From positions 4,218 to 68,217 of the forward strand of contig JAVYSX010000003.1 in assembly GCA_038728965.1 (NCBI GenBank): a stretch of 64,000 nt of DNA, read 5' to 3'. The notes below the pieces were generated by a model. The model ran no database searches and had not been told where the DNA came from. It worked only from the letters and a program-made list of their open reading frames with translations. The translations under genes and the position numbers were made by a program. Below are positions 55,934-64,000 of this stretch, one piece after another; the stretch's first letter is position 1, and the number at the start of each line of letters is the position of its first letter. The DNA comes from Thermoplasmatales archaeon. GTDB taxonomy: Archaea; Thermoplasmatota; Thermoplasmata; Thermoplasmatales; GCA-001856825.

Positions 55934-57538
55934 ATGCCAGTCAGCGCTGTTCTGATCAGGCCCTCAAATAAGACTGGAAGTGGTTACCTAACGAAGTGGG
56001 GGTTCCTGCCAGCGCCTCTTGGGCTTCTTTCACTTGCCGGTGAAATTCTCCGTGTGGAGGGGTCAAGGGTGAAGATAATAGACATGGAAGGGGATGAACT
56101 TTCCTTGGAGGAGACTGTCAAAAGGACGCTCGAATTCAACCCCGACCTTGTGGGCATAACCCTTCATGCAACAGCAGCTCACAACAATGCAGGTTACATT
56201 GCTAGGCGAATAAAGGAAGAAAAGCCTGATACAGTTCTGGTCGCAGGAGGTCACCACGCAACGTTTCTCCCGAAGGAAATTATCAGGAGTGGGTTTGACA
56301 TTTCTGTCCTTGGAGAAGGCGATGAAACGGTGTTTGAAATCGCTTCGGCAATTTCTGAGGGGACGGGCTTTGAAGGCGTAAAGGGTATAGTTTACAGAGA
56401 CAAGGAAAAGATAATAAGAACACAACCTAGATCTCTAATTGAGGATCTTGACTCCCTGCCAATGCCACCGATGTGGCTTCTTGATCCATCGAAATACACA
56501 TTCAAGGTATTTGGGAGGGATGATAAGGTTACCTGTATAGAGACATCGAGGGGATGCCCTTATGCGTGCGATTTCTGTTCTGTCACACCTACGTGGGGTA
56601 ACAAATGGAGGAACAAATCAAATGCAAGGATACTGGAAGAGATACGGATGGCCCTAAGTTACGGGTATAACTGGATATTCTTCACGGACGACATATTCGT
56701 TGTCTATCCAAATGTCAAGCAGAGGAGAAATCTTTTCAATTCTATAATTGAGGAAGATATTAGGACGAAATGGATTGTCCAGATGCGTGCCGACGTCACT
56801 AGCAGGAATCCAGATCTTATAGAGTTGGGAGCTAAGGCTGGAATGAAGGTCTCATTCCTAGGTGTGGAATCGGGGAGTGAGGAAATATTGAAGAAAATGC
56901 ATAAAGGAGAGTTCACTTCACAGTCTGAGGAGGCTGTCAGGATCCTTGCCAGAAACGGAGTAGTTGTATTGGTGGGAATGATGATAGGTGCTCCCTACGA
57001 GAGATTCAGGGATATCATAAGGTCCGTGAGGTTTTCAAGAAAGCTTGCCAGGGCAGGTGCAGATGCTATACAGTTCTCGATGTATACCCCGCTCCCTGGT
57101 ACGAGGGTCTTTGATGATGCAGTAAGAAATAAGACTCTCTTTACCCTAGATTGGGATAGGTACGATGTGATAACGCCGGTAATGAGAACGCGGGTAGGTC
57201 CTGCTATTGACCAGATCGCGCAATTTTATGCAACTTATTCCTTTTACCTCTACAAATACTTCAGGGGCAAGATAATGAAAATTGAGCCCGGGGATGAGAA
57301 AAAGAAACTGCTTGAAAACGCCCTGGATTTCATTGTAAAGATGATGCCATCATATCTCAGGGACATCTATAATTTCCCCAAGTTCCTTATTGAAACAAAC
57401 AGAAAGTTCAGGAAGGGGAACAATATGTCAGGAATAAGTGAAGAGCAGATTAATGAACTTCTCGAAACATCCAATAAGGTTGTCTATGATCTTATGGGTA
57501 GCAAGAACCCGTACTTTATGATAAAGGAAGCCAATTGA
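55934..57538 (+). CDS. B12-binding-domain radical SAM enzyme (class B rSAM)
   Basis: 534 aa with an N-terminal Rossmann-like cobalamin-binding domain (VGITLHATAAHN...VAGGHHATF). The radical SAM cluster motif is TSRGCPYACDFCSV (CxxxCxxC). Confidence 0.85.
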   Translation: MPVSAVLIRPSNKTGSGYLTKWGFLPAPLGLLSLAGEILRVEGSRVKIIDMEGDELSLEETVKRTLEFNPDLVGITLHATAAHNNAGYIARRIKEEKPDTVLVAGGHHATFLPKEIIRSGFDISVLGEGDETVFEIASAISEGTGFEGVKGIVYRDKEKIIRTQPRSLIEDLDSLPMPPMWLLDPSKYTFKVFGRDDKVTCIETSRGCPYACDFCSVTPTWGNKWRNKSNARILEEIRMALSYGYNWIFFTDDIFVVYPNVKQRRNLFNSIIEEDIRTKWIVQMRADVTSRNPDLIELGAKAGMKVSFLGVESGSEEILKKMHKGEFTSQSEEAVRILARNGVVVLVGMMIGAPYERFRDIIRSVRFSRKLARAGADAIQFSMYTPLPGTRVFDDAVRNKTLFTLDWDRYDVITPVMRTRVGPAIDQIAQFYATYSFYLYKYFRGKIMKIEPGDEKKKLLENALDFIVKMMPSYLRDIYNFPKFLIETNRKFRKGNNMSGISEEQINELLETSNKVVYDLMGSKNPYFMIKEAN

Positions 57539-57583
57539 CCGGCCTGGCGCAACGCACCCCATATTTTTAACGGGAAAGAAAAG

Positions 57584-58774
57584 TTATATCTCCCCTTTCA
57601 GAAAATCTATGAAAACTTCAGCGTCTCCAAACACATTTGAGAGTTTTGCATACTCGTTCGGTTGATGTTCTGTTTCGTCAACCGTTCCCCACACAATTGT
57701 GTCAAGGCCTTTATTTCTAAAGAATGCGGCGCAGGTGCCACCACCTATACCTACAGTCTTCACATCAATTTTGCGAACTTTTCTGATACTTTCAGAAAAT
57801 TTTTCAACGAAGTCTTTTCCTTCAGCGGTATTGCTGGAGGGTTCCGCCCTGTTTTCTACTTCCACGGACACCTTGACTCCGTAATCTTTGGAGAATTCTT
57901 CCGCTATCCTGGAAATTTCTTTAACAACATCGTCTAACTTGTAAACAGGTAGGATCCTCATATCGAAGTAGAAGCTCTCTTTTCCAGGAACAATGTTTAT
58001 TGACTCTGTGCCGGGTTCTACCTTTGTTGGTTCAAATGTCGATTGCGGCACATTAAACTCAGGATCCCTGGCATTGAACTTTTTATGTAGCTCTGTATCG
58101 ATAGCTATTTCGAGCCGCGAAGCCATCCGGTGGGCATTTATACCGGCATCCGGGGTTGAAGCGTGACACTGCTTTCCGACTACAGTTATCTTCACCCAGA
58201 TCAGACCCTTTTCTGCAACCTCTATACTGTTCCCGCTGGGAGTTCCGAAGTCAGGAACTATGAATTTATCGTGACTGCTGAATTCCCTCTTCTGAAGGAC
58301 GTATTGAATTCCGTATTTGCTCCCTGCCTCCTCGTCAGAAACCAATATAACCCCCAAATTATTCTTCAACTCTTCCCTGTGATCTATGAAGTGTTTGAAA
58401 GCTACAAGTGAAGAAATGACCCCCTGGCCATTGTCGCACGTTCCCCTCCCGTATATCCTGTCACCCTTTATAGTTGCTCTGAAGGGTGGATAGCTCCACA
58501 ATTCTCTGTCACCCTCGCTGACAGTATCCATGTGGGCTACCAGCCACACAGTAGTTCTCTTTTTTAGATCAAGAAGGAAGAGCATGTTGGGTCTTTTAAG
58601 TCCGTCAGATACAGTATCGTACTCCTCAAATTTTATATCCCTGCTCCACCCTAAAATCTCATTTTTTAGGAAAGCAGCTCTCTCATCCTCGCCCCTCCCT
58701 CCGCCCGATGGATTCACCGCCGGAATTGATATCATTTTAGAATACAATTCTATGAATAGATCCCTTTCTGTCAT
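57584..58774 (-). CDS. M20-family metallopeptidase / deacylase (ArgE/DapE-like)
   Basis: 396 aa with VAHMDTV, GRGTCDNGQG, SDEEAGS and GGTCAAFF motifs. Confidence 0.8.
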   Translation of the reverse strand: MTERDLFIELYSKMISIPAVNPSGGGRGEDERAAFLKNEILGWSRDIKFEEYDTVSDGLKRPNMLFLLDLKKRTTVWLVAHMDTVSEGDRELWSYPPFRATIKGDRIYGRGTCDNGQGVISSLVAFKHFIDHREELKNNLGVILVSDEEAGSKYGIQYVLQKREFSSHDKFIVPDFGTPSGNSIEVAEKGLIWVKITVVGKQCHASTPDAGINAHRMASRLEIAIDTELHKKFNARDPEFNVPQSTFEPTKVEPGTESINIVPGKESFYFDMRILPVYKLDDVVKEISRIAEEFSKDYGVKVSVEVENRAEPSSNTAEGKDFVEKFSESIRKVRKIDVKTVGIGGGTCAAFFRNKGLDTIVWGTVDETEHQPNEYAKLSNVFGDAEVFIDFLKGEI

Positions 58775-58853
58775 ATTGGATAATTTTCATCACGTTTAAA
58801 ATACGTTCGTTAGAATATAGGAAATGTGTTAAATGTAAAATAAATGCTCTTTT

Positions 58854-59573
58854 ATGAGCGACATCTTCATAGGGTGCTCGGGCTGGTTCTATCCTCACTG
58901 GTCTGGTGTCTTTTACCCGAGGGAAATCCCTCCAAAGAACTGGTTCAATTACTACACGTCTTTTTTCAATACAGTTGAGCTCAACTCAACCTTTTACTCA
59001 TTCCCAAGTGCGGAGAAGGCAAGGAGGTGGTATAGGGAATCACCAGCGTCGTTCAGGTACAGCGTTAAGATGAACAGGGTGATTACGCACACAAAGAGGT
59101 TAATATCAGTTGATAACGAAATAGAGCGATTCTACGAGTCGATATTGCATCTCAAAGAAAAGCTGGCGTCTGTTTTGATCCAGTTTCCGCCATCTTTCAA
59201 ATACTCTGAAGACAGCGTTGAGAGGATCTCATCTGCTCTCCGCGAAGACATAAAGGTGTTCTTTGAATTCAGGCACAAAAGCTGGTATGACACCGAATCC
59301 CTTGACAAACTTAGAGAGCGAAACATAAATGTTGTAACGGTAAGCGTAAACGGCCTTCCCTTTCTTCTGCCAGAACAAGGGGATGCATACGTCCGGATGC
59401 ACGGAGACGTGAACGGATACGCTACAGATTACAGCGACGAATTTCTCGAAAAGCTCGCAGAAGAACTTGTGGAAAGAAGATATAAAGAGGTCTATGTCTA
59501 TTTTAACAACGATTACTTCGGTTACGCCCCAAAGAATGCTTTAACTCTAAAGAAGTTGATCGAGGGGAGTTAA
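58854..59573 (+). CDS. DUF72 (UPF0759) family protein
   Basis: 239 aa. IGCSGWFYPHWSGVFYP at the N-terminus, NSTFY, E.RH.SW and Y.YFNND motifs are typical of DUF72. Confidence 0.85.
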   Translation: MSDIFIGCSGWFYPHWSGVFYPREIPPKNWFNYYTSFFNTVELNSTFYSFPSAEKARRWYRESPASFRYSVKMNRVITHTKRLISVDNEIERFYESILHLKEKLASVLIQFPPSFKYSEDSVERISSALREDIKVFFEFRHKSWYDTESLDKLRERNINVVTVSVNGLPFLLPEQGDAYVRMHGDVNGYATDYSDEFLEKLAEELVERRYKEVYVYFNNDYFGYAPKNALTLKKLIEGS

Positions 59574-59620
59574 CCGCCAGAGAAACATCACTATAATATA
59601 CGAAACACATTTCAATAAAT

Positions 59621-60070
59621 ATGCCACTGAAGGTTGGAGATAAGGCACCAGATTTTACAGCAATTTCAGACGATGGTACTACCGTATCCCTGGGCGACAA
59701 ATTGAGGGAAGGGCCGGTCGTTCTGTACTTTTACCCCAAAGATGAGACCCCGGGTTGTACTGCAGAGGCCTGTGCTTTCAGGGACAACTGGGAGGAAATA
59801 AGGAAGCACGGTGCAACTGTTCTAGGCGTTAGCTCGGATTCCATAGAGTCTCACAAGCAGTTCAAGGAGAACAGAAAGCTCCAGTTTACTCTTTTGTCAG
59901 ACCCCAAAAAAGAAATAAGGAAGAAATACTATGCAACCGGATCATTGCTGCCACCGAGAATAACGTACGTTATAGATAAAAACGGCATAATAAGGGAAGT
60001 ATACAATTCGCAGCTCAATGCTACGATGCACGCCCAGATAGCCCTAAAAGCCCTGAAGTCTATGGAATAA
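59621..60070 (+). CDS. bcp: thiol peroxidase Bcp (peroxiredoxin Q type)
   Basis: 149 aa. VGDKAPDF, the active site FYPKDETPGCTAEAC, and GVS.DS..SH..F are present. Confidence 0.9.
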   Translation: MPLKVGDKAPDFTAISDDGTTVSLGDKLREGPVVLYFYPKDETPGCTAEACAFRDNWEEIRKHGATVLGVSSDSIESHKQFKENRKLQFTLLSDPKKEIRKKYYATGSLLPPRITYVIDKNGIIREVYNSQLNATMHAQIALKALKSME

Positions 60071-60084
60071 TAGGCGCTATTGAT

Positions 60085-60825
60085 TCACCCTTGATAGGAT
60101 CTTCTTTCCTTTATTGCGCTTTCGAGTCTTTTTAGTGAATTCAAAAGCTCATCTCTCGTTTTTGACTGGCTAGCCCTGGGATCATTAAGGTACATTCTTG
60201 CCCGCTCTACGTGAAGCTGAGTTTCCTGCATATTCTTGACTGAATAAAACATATTAGCCAATGATATCTCAGCCTTTGCATCGTCTATTATATCATCAGA
60301 TGTTTTTCCTGAATTATCCAATCCGCCGGTAGCTTCCTGCCTGTACTGGACAACATTCCTGCTAATCTTTTTCATATAGACAATACTGCCGATCGAGGAT
60401 ACCGCTATGCTGAGGGCAAATACCACTATTATCATCACGAAAAAAAGTTCATAAGTTATTAGCCTAGAAAAGTAGGCAATGTAAGAGGCCGCATAACCTA
60501 GGACAAGTATTACCGGGCTCATGAATTTTATCCAGGCAGGCATCTCTATTAACGGAGGAGCGTTTGGATTGCTGATGAAATATGAAACTGCAGAAGATAA
60601 CCTCTCAACCTTCCTTGTCCTCTTGCACTCCTGAGATTGTAGAACTGATTGAACGTCATTGAGTAGCTGTTTCGATCTATCTACTGACCCCGTGAGTCTG
60701 TAAAGTTGTGCCAGCCGGAACATAGTATAACCGAGTTTGTAGCATCTGCTGGCGTTGATGCTTTTCGCCTTCTCTCTCGCCAAGGCTTTCTCAAGGCGAG
60801 ATATTCTCTTTTCAAATGGGTTCAT
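60085..60825 (-). CDS. hypothetical membrane protein (two central TM helices flanked by helical soluble regions)
   Basis: 246 aa with hydrophobic stretches FMSPVILVLGYAASYIAYF and LFFVMIIVVFALSIAVSSIGSIV. The flanks are charged and helical. No family recognised. Confidence 0.45.
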   Translation of the reverse strand: MNPFEKRISRLEKALAREKAKSINASRCYKLGYTMFRLAQLYRLTGSVDRSKQLLNDVQSVLQSQECKRTRKVERLSSAVSYFISNPNAPPLIEMPAWIKFMSPVILVLGYAASYIAYFSRLITYELFFVMIIVVFALSIAVSSIGSIVYMKKISRNVVQYRQEATGGLDNSGKTSDDIIDDAKAEISLANMFYSVKNMQETQLHVERARMYLNDPRASQSKTRDELLNSLKRLESAIKERRSYQG

Positions 60826-61009
60826 GTTGTCATCACCCCGTATATTTTATTGTTGGACGGCTCTATATTGCGTAGGCGATTAAATAATTATCCTATATAT
60901 ATTAAATAAATTGGAACAAGAATATTTCACCGCGGCAAATCCACGATTACGTAATAGATAAAAAAAACTGAAATACCGTCTTTAGGTTCAAGGAGAGAGG
61001 AGGGGCAAA

Positions 61010-62722
61010 ATGCTGTCGCCTAGTTTTAAGCTTAGAAAGGGAATTATTTTTATACTCATGCTTTTAATTGTCACCGGTCAATTTCTTCCCTGTGGTGGAA
61101 CGGACCCACACCTTCAATCACTGCTCAGGGGCCCGATTGAAGATGATATGTCTCCGCCCGGAAATGTGGTCTACGCGTTTCCAGGGGAGATCGTTAATAC
61201 CACAGTCTATCTTGGAGGAAGCAAGCCGGAGGCGACATATTACGAAGTCACTCTGACATTAAATTCTTCAGCCTTTGAAACTGTGAACGCAATACCTGTT
61301 TTCGGAACAATATCCAATGAGAGCGGGTACCTTATTCGAGTTTCATTTGCTTGCCCAAATGATCAGCCTGGAACATGGTGGAATCTTGGATACGAGCTCT
61401 TTCCATTGGAAAACCAAACACTTGAAAGTCTTAAAGAGGACACAATTACAGCATCAGGCTCTGAAATTAATATATCTTCGAAATCCAGTGGCTACATGTC
61501 GGGCTTCTTTGCAGTTTCAGGGAGGGTTGTTCTTAATTTCAGCGAAAACGTTACCTCAGTTGTACTATACCCCGAAAACACACAAAATTATACAGTAGTA
61601 TCAACTCAGGTTAACAGATGGACTTATTCTAATTCTCAACTGGTCATTTATTTTTCTCTCTATGATTACATAGATTCCTCAGGTTCAATTGTTCCCCCAG
61701 CGGTAACAGTGGAGCTGGGGTATTATGTAGATCAGTCTTACACTATATCCGGTCTATCGACAACGGGAAGTGCTGGTGTTTTGGAGCTCGTACAAGGGAA
61801 TGGTGCATATATAATGGGTATAACTTCGTCTCAGATGGTGCAGATTCTCAGTTCAATCAACCAAACTCTATCGGTACCTATTTCCCAATTAAATGCTGCC
61901 GTGGTTTCTATCAACGGTGATGTTGCCACTGTAGAGACATCATTCGGCTCTATGCTTACGTCGTTGAACAATATAAATGCCTCACTGAAAAATGTGAGCG
62001 ACGGCGAAGCATTTCTAAGTACAGACATAGGTAATCTGGAAGTACCACTAACTTCAATAAACGCAACTATTTCATCAATTAGGACAAACACAGTGATTCT
62101 CGAAACAGATTTGGGAGAAGTGCAAACGTCTCTTTCAAATCTGAACGCGAGCGTAAGTTCTGTCCGCAATGGAGTGGCTTATTTGACAACGGCTATCGGT
62201 ACTTTGAAGGAACCCCTTTCGGAGCTAAACGCAACAGTTGAAAAAGTGGAAAACGGAACGGCCATTCTCACGGGATCCCTTGGCTCTGTGGAAACTTCCC
62301 TTAAAAGTATTAACTCCACGCTTGTAGAACTGTCGGGGGAAAATGCTACTCTACAAACGTCGCTCGGTATTATTTACTTGAGTCTAAAAGAACTAAATGC
62401 TACCGTAGCAAGCTATGTTTCCTCCATATCAAGGCTAAATGGGAGTATGGTTTACATCAACACTACCATTGGAAATATTTCAGGAACAGTTACCAAGATT
62501 TACAATGATACTGCGGTAATAAAAACTGCATTTGGTAATGTTACGGAGTCAATTGGCAACATTAAAGAGCAAGTGACGAGAGATAACACTGCCACTAAGG
62601 ATCCCATCAACCCTTTTTACTTGGTCATAATGGCTATGCTAGGGACCGGAATATTCCTATCATTCCTTGCTGTCTTTGATACCAGGAATATACTGAAAAT
62701 CATTAGCGGAAAGGAGAAGTAG
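61010..62722 (+). CDS. putative cell-surface glycoprotein with 28-residue repeats, N-terminal signal sequence and C-terminal TM anchor
   Basis: 570 aa. A GGAGAGAGGAGGGG SD-like run lies before the ATG. The N-terminal hydrophobic segment ends ...FLPCGG. I count 23 N-x-S/T sequons. The C-terminal helix is FYLVIMAMLGTGIFLSFLAVF, followed by a basic tail. Confidence 0.6.
   Translation: MLSPSFKLRKGIIFILMLLIVTGQFLPCGGTDPHLQSLLRGPIEDDMSPPGNVVYAFPGEIVNTTVYLGGSKPEATYYEVTLTLNSSAFETVNAIPVFGTISNESGYLIRVSFACPNDQPGTWWNLGYELFPLENQTLESLKEDTITASGSEINISSKSSGYMSGFFAVSGRVVLNFSENVTSVVLYPENTQNYTVVSTQVNRWTYSNSQLVIYFSLYDYIDSSGSIVPPAVTVELGYYVDQSYTISGLSTTGSAGVLELVQGNGAYIMGITSSQMVQILSSINQTLSVPISQLNAAVVSINGDVATVETSFGSMLTSLNNINASLKNVSDGEAFLSTDIGNLEVPLTSINATISSIRTNTVILETDLGEVQTSLSNLNASVSSVRNGVAYLTTAIGTLKEPLSELNATVEKVENGTAILTGSLGSVETSLKSINSTLVELSGENATLQTSLGIIYLSLKELNATVASYVSSISRLNGSMVYINTTIGNISGTVTKIYNDTAVIKTAFGNVTESIGNIKEQVTRDNTATKDPINPFYLVIMAMLGTGIFLSFLAVFDTRNILKIISGKEK
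61889..62560 (+). repeat. in-frame 84-nt (28-aa) tandem protein repeats inside the surface-protein gene
   Basis: Six exact-length units span 61889-62392 and start LNAA/INAS/INAT/LNAS/LNAT/INST. Two looser units continue to about 62560. The conserved pattern is (L/I)N(A/S)(T/S)...NG.A.L.T..G.L...L. Confidence 0.75.
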
Positions 62723-62772
62723 CGGCTAATCTCATAAAAATATATTAATCCAAAGTACCATATCAATTCCTT

Positions 62773-63201
62773 ATGGCAGAGGAATTACTTTTTCCATCGA
62801 AGGACTGGATTGAAGAATACTGTCGTAGGCTAAGCGAATCTTCCGACTACAATAAGTCAGGCAGGGGCTGGAAGGATCCAATAATGTTCAAAATTTCTGA
62901 TCCAGAGACGCTGAGGGGTAGGAGCGATTTCGACTCCTTTATCCTCAACCTGAAGGACGGTAAATGTGAGGGAATTGAGATCGTAAAGAATGTGGATAGC
63001 AGCTCTCCATTCGTTCTGACAGCTTCGTACTCGAATTGGAAGAAGATAATCGGAGGAAAGATAAACCCGACACAGGCAATGCTGACCGGGCAAATAAAAG
63101 TCAAGGGGAACATGGCAGTGCTACTGAGGTATGCTTCGGCAGCAATTGCTATGGTGAAAGCAGCTCAGTCAATTCCTACTAGGTACGTTGATGATTTATG
63201 A
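62773..63201 (+). CDS. SCP2 sterol-carrier-like domain protein
   Basis: 142 aa. The C-terminal GGKINPTQAMLTGQIKVKGNMAVLLR is the typical SCP2 signature. Confidence 0.72.
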   Translation: MAEELLFPSKDWIEEYCRRLSESSDYNKSGRGWKDPIMFKISDPETLRGRSDFDSFILNLKDGKCEGIEIVKNVDSSSPFVLTASYSNWKKIIGGKINPTQAMLTGQIKVKGNMAVLLRYASAAIAMVKAAQSIPTRYVDDL

Positions 63202-64000
63202 GTATTTACCAGCTTCCCAGGAAGATTTATTTTCAGAGGGACATGCTGGATAGCTTATCTGAGGTACTGTCCAGAGAAGGGCTTAAAAAAATCCTGGTAA
63301 TAACTGACAAGAACATATTCAGCAGGTGGGGAGATAGGATCAGAAAGTCCCTTGTGGGTATAGCGTGGGATTCTTTCTCTGATGTTCATCCTGAGCCGGA
63401 GATCGGATATATTGAATCGGTCGCTGATAGATTCTCATCCAAAAATTACGATGGCATAGTGGCAATAGGTGGCGGGAGTGTAATAGATTTCGCGAAATCA
63501 ATAGCCGTAAAGATTTCTGACCCGCAATCAGACCTCGCCACTATAAACCCGTTTACACAGATAAATCTTAAGGTGAAGATCATAGCTATCCCCACGACTT
63601 CAGGGACAGGAAGCGACGTTTCTTTCGGTGTTGTTCTCACAGATAAGGATGGAAAACTTGCCCTTGGAAACTACGATTTGGTTCCCTACGCCGATATACT
63701 CGACCCGTCATTAACCCCAGAAGATGAGGCTATAATAGTTCCAACAGGTATTGATGCTTTCGTTCACTCCTTTGAATCTATTGCCTCCACGACATCGACC
63801 CCGTTTACTGATGCCCTGGCTGAGAAGGCCATTGAGATGATCTTGGATAATCTTCAAAGGGCCGTGAAGAATGAAGAGGAAGCGAAAGATGCCATGCATC
63901 TTGCTGCTACTATGGCTGGAATTGCTTTTTCCAACAGCGGAACGGCGCTCGCTCACGCTCTAGGTCACGCATTCGGGGCCACCTTCCATATAACTCACGG
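63198..64000 (+). CDS. iron-containing alcohol dehydrogenase, 3'-truncated by the window edge
   Basis: Absent from the ORF track because there is no stop in the window. The ATG at 63198 overlaps the SCP2 stop (ATGA). The translation reads MSIYQLPRKIYFQRD...IGGGSVIDFAKSIAV...IPTTSGTGSDVS...ALAHALGHAFGATFHITHG. These are the Fe-ADH family motifs. Confidence 0.85.
   Translation, partial: MSIYQLPRKIYFQRDMLDSLSEVLSREGLKKILVITDKNIFSRWGDRIRKSLVGIAWDSFSDVHPEPEIGYIESVADRFSSKNYDGIVAIGGGSVIDFAKSIAVKISDPQSDLATINPFTQINLKVKIIAIPTTSGTGSDVSFGVVLTDKDGKLALGNYDLVPYADILDPSLTPEDEAIIVPTGIDAFVHSFESIASTTSTPFTDALAEKAIEMILDNLQRAVKNEEEAKDAMHLAATMAGIAFSNSGTALAHALGHAFGATFHITH

Noticed and set aside
1-64000. Looked for CRISPR arrays, tRNA or rRNA genes, transposases or integrases, toxin-antitoxin pairs, restriction-modification systems or other defence islands.
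   Set aside because: I found no spaced direct repeats, no cloverleaf-like GC-rich segments in the spacers, and no mobile-element or defence gene families apart from the lone HNH protein. The window reads as core chromosome.

Overview
Archaeal chromosomal segment, most likely from a Thermoplasmata/Thermoplasmatales-type euryarchaeon; the lineage call is inference from gene content, not a database hit. About 75 tightly packed protein genes sit on both strands, many with 4-nt ATGA/GTGA stop-start overlaps. I recognised no rRNA, tRNA, CRISPR array, transposase, integrase or prophage gene.

Archaeal hallmarks:
- The complete exosome superoperon: psmA, SBDS, rrp4, rrp41, rrp42, L37Ae, rpoP, pus10, L21e, rpoF, DUF655, ksgA.
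- sn-glycerol-1-phosphate dehydrogenase, aIF5A, RFC small subunit, an Hjc-type resolvase, L10e, archaeal-type riboflavin synthase and diphthine synthase.

Thermoplasma-like traits:
- A close relative of Thermoplasma glucose 1-dehydrogenase, in an operon with an enolase-superfamily sugar-acid dehydratase.
- A single-OB crenarchaeal-type SSB.
- A UDP-sulfoquinovose synthase (Agl3/SQD1) glycan module.
- MenA.

The window is mostly housekeeping, and I see no convincing self-contained novel system such as a defence island or mobile element. The stretches most worth a second look are:
1. A sequon-dense, membrane-anchored surface protein built from exact 28-residue repeats (61.0-62.7 kb).
2. A hyaluronan-synthase/NodC-like processive GT2 next to the sulfoquinovose genes (6.7-11 kb).
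3. A sugar-oxidation operon with two unassigned metal-hydrolases that could be the missing lactonase (48.9-54.6 kb).
4. A B12-binding radical SAM enzyme (55.9-57.5 kb).
5. A ValRS whose KMSKS loop reads PMHAS.
6. A near-perfect DtxR-type operator in front of a mntR-mntH pair.
7. An aIF5A-agmatinase-DUF835 operon.

Two genes absent from the ORF track were added: rpoP (43 codons) and a 3'-truncated Fe-alcohol dehydrogenase at the window end. All family assignments rest on motifs read by eye and recalled family signatures; no search was run.
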